A stretch of DNA of 64,000 bases, taken from assembly GCA_964016885.1 (NCBI GenBank), contig CAXHJY010000726.1, forward strand, positions 11,870 through 75,869, in the 5' to 3' direction. The position numbers were made by a program, and so were the translations under genes. This DNA is from Eledone cirrhosa. Lineage: Eukaryota. The notes beneath the pieces are model-generated. The model made no database searches. It worked only from the letters and a program-made list of their open reading frames with translations, and was not told the origin of the DNA. Below, in pieces: positions 53,300 to 64,000 of the stretch; the first letter of the stretch is position 1, and every line of letters begins with the position of its first letter.

Positions 53300-53390
53300 A
53301 CATTTTCCCATTACCCACTCTACTACGCTAAGTATTGAGTACTCTGGTGCGTTAGGGTCCATCTGGTTCCTTGCCACACTTCCTTCGTTA
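53300..53390 (+). mobile_element. PLE family B 3' end fragment
   Basis: Matches 22898-22983 and ends CCTTCGTTA(TA)n. Confidence 0.85.
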
Positions 53391-53929
53391 TATATATATA
53401 TATCTATATATTAATAATTAATGGTGCTGCAATCGAATGTGGCTTTTTTAAAATATCTTGCACAGAGTTGGCAACCATGATAAAAACATTCAGTGGCAAT
53501 AGCTGGCTGTGGTTGGTCCTCATACATCCATACATATATACATACATGCAAACATACATACATACATACATACAAACATACATACATACATACATACATA
53601 CATACATACATACATACATACATACATACATACATACATAGTAGTGATAGTCGAATCCTTTTCGCGTACGGCCATTTCTTAGGCACAACAATAGACATTA
53701 GCAAAAACATGTTATTCTTGTTGCTGTCGTTGATGTCGTTTTAGATGGCCCATCAAACAGGAATAATTTACATATCATACCACATAGTGCGCAGGTAGGT
53801 GTTCTGTCTACTTGAGTTTAATTGACGTAGCATGCTTTCTGGCGCCGTATTAACCCACCTGCAGAGTGACACACATTGGTACAGATACCACATGCTAATC
53901 AATGTGTATAGAGTAATAAAATTTATTTT

Positions 53930-54345
53930 TTCATGAGTATGACGTATATTATGACTTGGTAGCCCAACCTTTGACATGCATAGATGTCCACATCCCTCAC
54001 AGGTAAGAATCTCTTTCGAACCCCATTATGGGAGCAGACTAACATTCCCCATATATTTAGCTGCTCGCTTCACTTCAGCATAGGCCTTCTGCTTCTTTTC
54101 AAATCCCTTAACACCGGTGGCAATCAGATTTCGCCACTGGGCTCTATCTGATACAAGATCTTCCTATGTTTTGGTGTTAATGTTGACCTTCTTCACAGTA
54201 TCATTCAGACAGTCTTTAAAGTGCTTGTGTGGCTTGCACTGCAGCTGTTTGCCCTGCACAGCTCTCCATATAATACTTATTTTGGGAGTCGGCTGTCCTC
54301 TAGGTGTACTATGTGACCTGACCACCGGAGATATTGTTTCATGAT
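53930..54345 (-). mobile_element. RTE (BovB-like) LINE 3' fragment
   Basis: QGKQLQCKPHKHFKDCLNDTVKKVNINTKT*EDLVSDRAQWRNLIATGVKGFE. Confidence 0.7.
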
Positions 54346-54369
54346 CTCGATGTTTGGCATAATCTACCT

Positions 54370-54405
<36 letters not shown>

Positions 54406-54428
54406 ACAATAGTAGAAGTAGTAGTAGT

Positions 54429-54460
<32 letters not shown>

Positions 54461-54867
54461 TAGTAGTAGTAGTAATAGTAGTAGTAGTAGATATTGTTGA
54501 TGTTGCTGCTGGTGTTTGTTGATTAGCTACAGGTGAAGCTTGACTTCAAAAGTATTAAAGTCATGAACATCCCATCTATTTCAGGAACATATCAAATGTT
54601 TTCTATTAGAGAAATCTGGCTGCTATTTCTAGCTTCTTCGATGGCTTGGGGTTGTAACAAGGAATGCTGCTACACATGAACCTATTATTTTTTGTTTCCT
54701 GTAAGTGTGACAAAACAGAAATAGAAACAATTATGTGAACATTGGCTGCATAAAGTTCCATTTCCATTTACACTAACGTATAATCGAATAAATGTGATAA
54801 ACTGAAAATAAAATAGTATATCTCTCCTCTCTATATTTCAATGCTTCTAAAAGCATGATAACCATGT

Positions 54868-54908
<41 letters not shown>

Positions 54909-54912
<4 letters not shown>

Positions 54913-55284
54913 AAATGTGTGTAATCCTTGGTACAATTAGGTATTTTAAGACAGGAGGGAAGAAAAAATGGCTTCACTTGTGCTTTCAACAAATTTATTT
55001 TCTTCACAAAATCCAAAGAGAATTTTTTTCCGGATTAGAAAAATTTTTTTTGTGTGTGTATGCCTCTCTCTATATGTGTATATATAAATATATGTATGTG
55101 TGTATCTGTGTGTGTGTATGCATGTATGTGTTAACGGAGGTATATATACGGACATATGTATATGTGTGTGTGTGTGTGTGTGTATACACGTGTGTGTGTG
55201 TGTGTGTATGTGTGCATGTATGTGTATATATGTATATTTTGTTGTGTATCTTTATGTGTGTATATGTATGTATGTGTATGTATG

Positions 55285-55347
<63 letters not shown>

Positions 55348-55404
55348 ATATATATGTGTGTGTGTATGTGTGTGTATATGTATGTGTATGTATATGTGTA
55401 TATA

Positions 55405-55448
<44 letters not shown>

Positions 55449-56232
55449 CATGTGGAGGTATGAGTACATATTCGTGTGTGTACGTATGTGTATGTGTGTT
55501 TTTACATGTGTCTCTATATGTTTTTGTGTATGTATGTGGATGTATTTGTACATGGGTGTGTGATTGATGGTGTGTGCCTATATATTCCTACATATGCCCG
55601 TGTGTGTATGTACGTATATGCGCACATATGTGTGTGTTGAACAAAGGACTAATTTTGGGATGGACGTAGAAAAATTCTTTAAAAAAAAATAAAAAAATAA
55701 TTATTTACAAACTTGACAGGTGCGATTTGCCTGTGACCATTCTCAACACAAAAGGAATACTAAAAGCTTTTTCCCCTGAATAAAGGAATTTTTCGAGAAT
55801 GACCGGGGCAGGTCGCACTTGCTACATTTCTCCCCACCCAACCCTACTCACCGTCTCAACTCATTACTGCTATTAACACTTTTTCAACACACCTACACCC
55901 ATACACTTATTAAAGGGGGAGAAAAGAAACCCCCACCACACCACAGACATGTTAAATCCCTATATATAGAACAACACACCACATACACATCAGTTTGACA
56001 AGCGCACCTCAGCGTGAAATGTCGTTCTAAAAACGAAACAATACCTCCTACGTTAACCAAGAACTTCTAAGACCTAACCAACAACCAACAACTTAATTTA
56101 TAAAATAATTTTTTTAAGGGCAAAAAAAAAAAAAAAATTTTTTCTAATCCGGAAAAAAATTCTTTTGGGATTTTGTGAAGAAAATATATTTGTTGAAAGC
56201 ACAAGTGAAGCCATTTTTTCTTCCCCCCTGTC

Positions 56233-56236
<4 letters not shown>
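54909..56236. mobile_element. (TA)n-bounded element with ~110 bp inverted ends (probable PLE 3' UTR plus inverted pLTR)
   Basis: 54946-55050 is the reverse complement of ~56128-56236; the left end carries an extra ~35 nt. Confidence 0.6.
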
Positions 56237-56313
<77 letters not shown>

Positions 56314-56315
<2 letters not shown>

Positions 56316-57918
56316 CCTTGCACATAACATCACAGCTTCAAATTTAGCTAAACTACCTAACCGTAGGAACACGTGCAACCCTGTAGTTAGTACTAACTGT
56401 AATTGTAGGAATCGGGCTGGTTGCCCCCTATCCGGGAAATGCCTCTCTAGTAACATTGTCTACAAATGTAAGGTTGTAACACCCACGTCCCGTAGGGCCT
56501 ACATAGGGTTAACCGCCAATAGTTTCAAGCAGCGTCTTTACATGCATACCCATTCTTTTCGTTACCCTCTAAGAAGGAATATGACGTCACTTTCAGCTTA
56601 TATCTGGAGTCTAAAAGACAACCACACCCAATATAAGTTACACTGGGAGATCCTAGCTAGGGCTAGATCGTATAACGGAAATAAAAGACCATGTGACCTC
56701 TGCGCCGCCGAGGCCCTGGAAATACTCTACGCCACAGACCACATCTTAAACAAAAAATCTGAGGCAATTTCGGCTTGTAAACATAAATTGCACAAAACTT
56801 TCCTGTATTACAGCCCCACGTTATACCCTAACGGATAGCACGATCTATACGTGGATATTTTACGTCTTGATATGGGAGCTAAGTATATGTTTGTTTATTC
56901 CTTTACTTATTTGCATAGGTAAGTATATATTACCCGTATGTTTTGTGAAGGTAGGTATACCTTCTCGTACGTATATTTGATTGTTATGGCGTATAATTTT
57001 TACATATTCTGGTATTTAGGGTTTGGCTATGTGTATACGGGAGTTTTGCGTGTCTGCGTGAGTATGCAGGTTCGTACGTATGGTGGGTGTGTGTATATGT
57101 GTACTTCTTGTTTTAGTTGACTTACGTCTCCGAACATTCGTGTATTTATATGTAGGTATGCGTGTGCGCTTGTTATATACGTATTTATTTACTTATATAC
57201 GTTTATATAATTATTTATTTATTTGTACACAAGCATACACACACACACATATTTATATGTGCGTGGTTTTGTATACCTATGGTAAGGTTTTGCGTATGCT
57301 TGTGTATGTACGTATCTGTTTGCGTGTATGTATTTATTTGTTTCTATTACTTCTGTATTGTATTTATTTACTTTGTTCTTAACTCTGTAGCGGAGATTCA
57401 TTTGGTCTCCTAGTTAGAATTTTAGTCTACGACTTCTGCTTACCATTTACGTGATTTTGTCTTTGCGTGCTATTGTTCTCTACGCTCCACATTTGACTTA
57501 TTATTTTCGTTCATTGCCAGAGAACGTCTCTATGCACCACCTAAGAGAACATTAGTCTACGACCTCTTTTATACCATAAACGTGGTTCTGTCTTTGCGCG
57601 TAATTGTTTTTCACCGCTCCTATTAATGACGTATTATTCGTTTTTTCCCGTTCTTTGCCAGCGAACGTTACCACGAACCAAAGTATCGTCTTCCTGTCTT
57701 CCTCCGGTTGCAACGTTTTTTTAAATATCCAGTTCTGCGTTTACAGATTGACTTTGTTAGTTTCAGAAGATCCCGTTAAGGGTGAAAGCAGCGATTCTTT
57801 GCTTAAACTTTAATCTGTTATTTCAATAAATATTTGCTCTACGGTTCTTATATATTTGATATATATTTTCCTTATCGAGCCCTCTTTGGATTTTAGTCTT
57901 CAATTTTATTATTATTAC
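56314..57918 (+). mobile_element. Penelope-like element (Naiad-type, family A), 5'-truncated
   Basis: CNCRNRAGCPLSGKC (CxCx5Cx5C), IVYKC..AYIGLT..FKQR, CDLC, ACKH, stop at 56838. About 1.1 kb of 3' UTR. (TA)n on both sides. Confidence 0.92.
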
Positions 57919-57985
57919 ATATTTTATTATATATATATATTTTATATATTTTAAATATATATATATATTTTATATATATATATTT

Positions 57986-58077
<92 letters not shown>

Positions 58078-58114
58078 GTATGTATATATATATATATGTA
58101 TGTGTATATATATG

Positions 58115-58197
<83 letters not shown>

Positions 58198-59391
58198 TTC
58201 AAGAGTAAACCAATCTTAAATAGAGAGATAGAAGAGGAGAGATTGGTGAAGGTATTAGAAGCCAAAAGCGTAAAGGCATGTGCTCAATGTGAAATATGCA
58301 GTGGGAAGCAGCTAGAGAACTGGGTTCATGCGGAGGTTAGGTGCACAGAGCTGGAAATATTCATTAGTTAAGCAAATCAAGACCACAAAACTCACATAGA
58401 AGTCGTTAGTTAAAGAGTGTCAACATTAATTGCAGTAAGGAATAATATATATATATGTATGCACATGTGTGTGTTCGTGTTTATGTGACTATGTATATAC
58501 ATATATATGTATATGCATATATATATATATATATATATAAATATATATTATGAAGAGAGAAGAAACATTTAGATATAATTAGTAATAAGATGTATCATAC
58601 CTAAACTGCTTCTAGATTCCTCGACTACGTAGTTTCGTGGCATAATCAAAAACAATACATCACAGAGATATAGAGCTTTTGTGAGGTCTGCCGACTTATC
58701 AAGAGGATACCTCATTTTACTAGCTTCAAAGAACACGTCTATAAGATGTGAGATAGAATCCCAAAAGGTGGAGGGGGAGTCAATCACGTGATACAACAGT
58801 CAAGAAACAGACCGTTGTATACTTGAACAGTTCTCTATCCAAGACTTGTAATCTCTGTCTGAATGAAAAATTTACCATTATATCTAATTTAGATTCTATA
58901 ATAAATAGACGCACTGACTTGTTTTCTATCTGCTTGCATACATTCCACAGAACTTTTCATAAAGTATACAGCTAATATCCTAAACTTTATCAATTCAGAA
59001 TCCTTTTCTCAAAGGCACATATATATATATATACATCTTTAAAAATATACCCATCTTTCTACCTTATTTCAAAGTTATTTATCATATTCTATATCATTCC
59101 TATTCATCACTTCTCTTTCTTCCTTTTCCTGTTCTTTTCTTTTGCTTTTTCTTTTAATTTCTAATCCCTAATCTGTACCTTTTGTCACTGTGCCTAACAT
59201 AGAAACAATTATTACACATACACTATATTCTTACTTTATATCACCTTGAAAAAATCCTTCGTAAACATAAACATTTTTTTGACGTTAGATTATTCATCCT
59301 CTATTCATTATTTTTTTCTCACTTTCATCTAACTTATTCATGCTCATCTCACAATATATCCTTACTTACATTACTTCTGTGTTTTTTTTAA

Positions 59392-59563
59392 TAATACATA
59401 TCAACATTTTCTTTCCATGGCACATATTATTAAACCCTTAAAATTATTCTTAATATATATTAACATTTTCTTTCCATCGCACATATTATTAAACCCTTAA
59501 ATATTATTCTTAATACATATTAACAATTTCTTTTCATCGCACATATTATTAAACCCTTCAATA
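59392..59563. repeat. ~60 bp tandem repeat, ~2.8 copies
   Basis: AACATTTTCTTTCCAT(C/G)GCACATATTATTAAACCCTT units. Confidence 0.9.
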
Positions 59564-59922
59564 TACAAACCTTAACTTTACATTATTTTTCTCTTCGTTA
59601 ATTTTCAAATTCTTCTAATTTATACATTATCTTCCAACGGTTTTTCAACCTCTCTATGTAAAACAATATATTTTTCTCTGTTATAAAAGCTATCTCTCTT
59701 TCTCTATCAGCCATCTCTCCCCCTATCTCATACTTCCTCATTATACTCCTCCCCCTCCACTTTTTACTCTCATCTCCTCCTCTTTTTCATCCTTTCCAAC
59801 CTCCCCCCCCAAAAAAAAAATTTGTTTACCCAATATCACACATCAATCCAAAACTACTTTTCATATGTTGATTTAAAACTGCACTATCCACAAGTGTTTT
59901 TAACCTTCATATCATGTTCTCC

Positions 59923-59993
59923 TATTTTATCTGATGAAAACACAAATGTTATTGCATGATGATATTTGTTTTTGAAATGCGCATAATAAAATA
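59923..59993 (+). ncRNA. Type I hammerhead ribozyme, canonical core
   Basis: TATTTTAT-CTGATGA-AAACACAAATGTTATT..GATGATATTTGTTTTT-GAAA-TGCGCA-TA-ATAAAATA: 8-bp stem I and palindromic ATGCGCAT. Confidence 0.85.
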
Positions 59994-60116
59994 CATAGAA
60001 CTCATTTAACCATCTTTTGATCTTATATATTATGTATACGCCAGTCCTACAAACTGTAGAGTGCTTCTTATCCGATATCTGCATTGCTTTATTGTACTAC
60101 AATAAAACTCACCTCC

Positions 60117-60176
<60 letters not shown>

Positions 60177-60179
<3 letters not shown>

Positions 60180-62184
60180 ATAATAATAAATTTGAAGACT
60201 AAAATCCAAAGAGGGCTCGATAAGGATAAATATATATCAAATATATAAGAACCGTAGAGCAAATATTTATTAAAATAACAGATTAAAGTTTAAGCAAAGA
60301 ATCGCTGCTTTCACCCTTAACAGGATCTTCTGAAACTAACAAAGTCAATCTGTAAACGCAGAACTGGATATTTCAAAAAACGTTGCGACCGGAAGAAGAC
60401 AGGAAGACGATACTTTGGTTCGTGGTAACGTTCGCTGGCGAAGAACGGGAAAAAACGAATATAATACGTCATTAATAGGAGCGGTGAAAAACAATTACGC
60501 GCAAAGACAGAACCACGTTTATGGTATAAAAGAGGTCGTAGACTAATGTTCTCTTAGGTGGTGCATAGAGACGTTCTCTGGCAATGAACGAAAAAAACGA
60601 AGATAATACGTCATATGAGGAGCGTGGAAAACAATAGCACGCAAAGACAAAACCACGTAAATGGTATAGCAGAAGTCGTAGACTAAAATTCTAACAAGGA
60701 GACCGAATGAATCTCCGCTACAGAGTTAAGAACAAAGTAAATAAATACAATACAGAAGTAATAGAAATAAATAAATACATACACGCAAACAAATACGTAC
60801 ATACACAAGCATACGCAAAAACTTACCATAGGTATACAAAACCACGCGCATATAAATATGTGTGTGTGTGTATGCGTGTATACAAATAAATTAATATATT
60901 TCTAAACGTATATAAATAAATAAATACATATATAACAAGCGCACACACATATCTACATGTAAATACACGAATGTTCGGAGACGTAATTCAACCAAAACAT
61001 GAAGTACACAATACACACACCCTACATACGTACGAACCTGCATACTCATACAGACGCAAAACTCCCGTATACACATAGCCAAACCATATGTACCAGAATA
61101 TATAAAATGATACGCCATAACAATCAAATATACGTACGAGAAGGTATACGTACCTTCACAAAACATACGGGTAATATATACTTACCTATGCAAATAAGTA
61201 AAGGTATAAACAAAACATATACTTAGCTCCCACATCAAGACGTAAAATATCCACGTATAGATCGTACTATCCGTTAGGGTATAACGTGGGGCTGTAATAC
61301 AGGAAAGTTTTGTGCAATTTATGTTTACAAGCCGAAATTGCCTCAGATTTTTTGTTTAAAATGTGGTCTGTGGCGTAGAGTATTTCCAGGGCCTCTGCGG
61401 CGCAGAGGTCACATGGTCTTTTATTTCCGTTATACGATCTAGCGCGAGCTAGGATCTCCCAGTGTAACTTATATTGGGTGTGGTTGTCTTTTAGACTCCA
61501 GATATAAGCTGAAAGTGACGTCATATTCCTTCTTAGAGGGTAACGAAAAGAATGGGCATGCATGTAAAGACGCTGCTTGAATCTATTGGCGGTTAACCCT
61601 ATGTAGGCCCTACGGGACGTGGGTGTTACAACATTACATTTGTAGACAACGTTACTAGAGAGGCATTTCCCGGATAGGGGGCAATCAACCCGATTCCTAC
61701 AATTACAGTTAGTACTAACTACAGGGTTGCACGTGTTCCTACGGCTAGGTAGTTTAGCTAAATTTGAAGCTGTGATGTTATGTGCAAGGTTAGGTGTCGT
61801 AGAGTAAGAAATTTTAATAGTATTTCTATTAAAAATTTTACTATAATGACGTATTATCTTCGTTTTTTTCGTTCATTGCCAGAGAACGTCTCTATGCACC
61901 ACCTAAGAGAACATTAGTCTACGACCTCTTTTATACCATAAACGTGGTTCTGTCTTTGCGCGTAATTGTTTTTCACCGCTCCTATTAATGACGTATTATA
62001 TTCGTTTTTTCCCGTTCTTCGCCAGCGAACGTTTCCACGAACCAAAGTATCGTCTTCCTGTCTTCTTCCGGTTGCAACGTTTTTTTAAATATCCAGTTCT
62101 GCGTTTACAGATTGACTTTGTTAGTTTCAGAAGATCCCGTTAAGGGTGAAAGCAGCGATTCTTTGCTTAAACTTTAATCTGTTA

Positions 62185-62190
<6 letters not shown>
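60177..62190 (-). mobile_element. Penelope-like element (family A), 5'-truncated with inverted pLTR
   Basis: 60177-61842 is a reverse-complement homolog of 56314-57918 (CNCRNRVDCPLSGKC, ORF 61267-61563). 61843-62190 is an inverted copy of ~60270-60612. Confidence 0.92.
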
Positions 62191-62269
<79 letters not shown>

Positions 62270-62401
62270 ATATATATATATATATGTGTATATATATATA
62301 TTTATATATATATATATATAATAATAATAAATTTGAAGACTAAAATCCAAAGAGGGTTCGATAAGGATAAATATATATCAAATATATAAGAACCGTAGAG
62401 C

Positions 62402-63473
62402 CGGATATAGGGGTCATCTCCCTTGTCTAATGCCATGTGCGTTTTTCACCGCTAGTTGACTCCTTTGCCGCCAGGATAAAACTCGTTGACAACGTAAACT
62501 CCGTTCCACTTATTCTAGTAGGCTTTTATATTTATATGTGAGCTGATAGAGTACTGTCTAAGGATTTACAGAAACCCATGAAGCTAGATTTAACACCTTT
62601 CTAGTGGGTCCGGGTATGATTTTACATTCATTTAAATTATTGACGTATTGTTTTATTGATATTTTTTATCTGTTTGGCCCGAATCTTCCTTTATCGATTT
62701 TAAATCGTATGGTTGATTGTAGACTTGTTCTATATGTGACGGTATTTTAACGATAGTTATAGCTCTGATTCATCTGAATTATTGAGCCCTCTGCCGCTCA
62801 TATCGAATTTCGTTTTTCGTGAACTCGTGCGCCGATTTTTCGATACTCGATCTTTCTAATATATTTAGCTCTGGACATAGCTATCCACCAGTTAATTTTA
62901 TTGCTCATTTTTTGTCGATTCTATTGAGTGATGAATAGCTTTTGTTTTATTTTAACATGTCTATTGAGCACTCTAATTCGATATGTGTATTTCCACATTC
63001 ACTCGAATTGTTTTCGCGGATATAGGGGTCATCTCCCTTGTCTAATGCCATGTGCGTTTTTCACCGCTAGTTGACTCCTTTGCCGCCAGGATAAAACTCG
63101 TTGACAACGTAAACTCCGTTCCACTTATTCTAGTAGGCTTTTATATTTATATGTGAGCTGATAGAGTACTGTCTAAGGATTTACAGAAACCCATGAAGCT
63201 AGATTTAACACCTTTCTAGTGGGTCCGGTATGATTTTACATTCATTTAAATTATTGACGTATTGTTTTATTGATATTTTTTATCTGTTTGGCCCGAATCT
63301 TCCTTTATCGATTTTAAATCGTATGGTTGATTGTAGACTTGTTCTATATGTGACGGTATTTTAACGATAGTTATAGCTCTGATTCATCTGAATTATTGAG
63401 CCCTCTGCCGCTCATATCGAATTTCGTTTTTCGTGAACTCGTGCGCCGATTTTTCGATACTCGATCTTTCTAA
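62402..63473. repeat. 615 bp tandem duplication (1.7 copies) fused to a PLE A end (62320-62401)
   Basis: Units start CGGATATAGGGGTCATC at 62402 and 63017 and are nearly identical. Confidence 0.92.
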
Positions 63474-63490
63474 TATATATATATATATAT

Positions 63491-63950
63491 AAAAGACGTA
63501 AAATATGAAAATTTTAAAAAATTTTTAAAAATTAACTTACTTACTAAAATTTTCACTCCAACTAATCAGTTTCTGCAATGCGATAAAGACAGTTACGTAA
63601 TAAACTGTCGAGAATTCATTGCGTCATCAGGGAGTCTATTCTCAGCTAAGTCTCCAGGCAATGCGCGGACACTGGGGACTCATATAAAAATAATAGACTC
63701 CTTATGACGCAATGAATTCTCGACAGTTTATTACGTAACTGTCTTTATCCCATTGCAGTAACTAATTAGTTGGAGTGAAAATTTTAGTAAGTAAGTTAAT
63801 TTTTAAAAAACTTTTTTAAATTTCTTATTTTACGTCTTTTATATTATTGTTCTGCATCCTCCTGCATTGAACCACCTAGGTACTATGACATAACCTGTGT
63901 ATTTGCTGGCATTAGCGTACATCTGTACGCATATGTTAGTAGATATACTA

Positions 63951-63953
<3 letters not shown>
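63491..63953. mobile_element. PLE-type foldback carrying two hammerhead copies
   Basis: 63491-63640 is inverted at 63692-63841; the right copy continues ~110 nt. Confidence 0.8.
63555..63635 (-). ncRNA. Type I hammerhead ribozyme, canonical core, extended stem II
   Basis: Minus strand reads ACTCC-CTGATGA-CGCAATG..CATTGCA-GAAA-CTGATTAG-TT-GGAGT. Confidence 0.8.

Positions 63954-64000
<47 letters not shown>

Larger units (their letters stand above)
58570..60120 (+). mobile_element. Penelope-like element remnant (family D) with terminal hammerhead
   Basis: 58841-58975 encodes KTCNLCLNEKFTIISNLDSIINRRTDLFSICLH..* (GIY-YIG C-terminus). A pyrimidine-rich 3' UTR follows, with the ribozyme at 59923, ending on (TA)n. 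Confidence 0.72.

Noticed and set aside
56170-56212. GTGAAGA..GAAAGCAC hammerhead-like string
   Set aside because: The 3:8 pair is broken, stem II is weak and there is no NUH site.
56390-56445. Possible selenocysteine (UGA) in the Naiad linker zinc finger
   Set aside because: All Cys positions are TGT/TGC in the three copies where the linker is visible, and no convincing SECIS was found. The stem at 55719-55822 does not fit SECIS spacing.
59392-59563. CRISPR-like periodic repeat
   Set aside because: Contiguous ~60 bp minisatellite without unique spacers, in a eukaryotic context with no cas genes.

Overview
This is an AT-rich, microsatellite-dense eukaryotic window with no host gene that I can support. 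The SINE families and repeat style suggest an octopus (cephalopod) intergenic or intronic region; that assignment is inference. Almost everything is transposon-derived. (1) A near full-length but inactivated Tx1/L1-clade LINE (about 3320-8826) sits inside a (TATC)n tract. (2) An R4/Dong-type restriction-like-endonuclease retrotransposon (45593-48600, minus) and three further R4-like relics are associated with (CATA)n. (3) There are RTE and CRE-like 3' remnants, a Helitron, hAT and Tc1/pogo-type MITEs, and many tRNA-derived SINEs. (4) The dominant feature is a set of at least four Naiad-type Penelope-like element (PLE) families plus many orphan PLE ends, all embedded in (TA)n. These ends carry a varied collection of minimal type I hammerhead ribozymes: canonical CUGAUGA cores, a compensatory U3:A8 core, U4C and U4A variants, long stem II insertions, and a different palindromic stem III per family. 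They repeatedly form asymmetric foldbacks in which the inverted arm stops at a fixed internal point while the primary end carries an extra tail. All calls were made by eye; no alignments or database searches were run, and coordinates of degraded elements are approximate.
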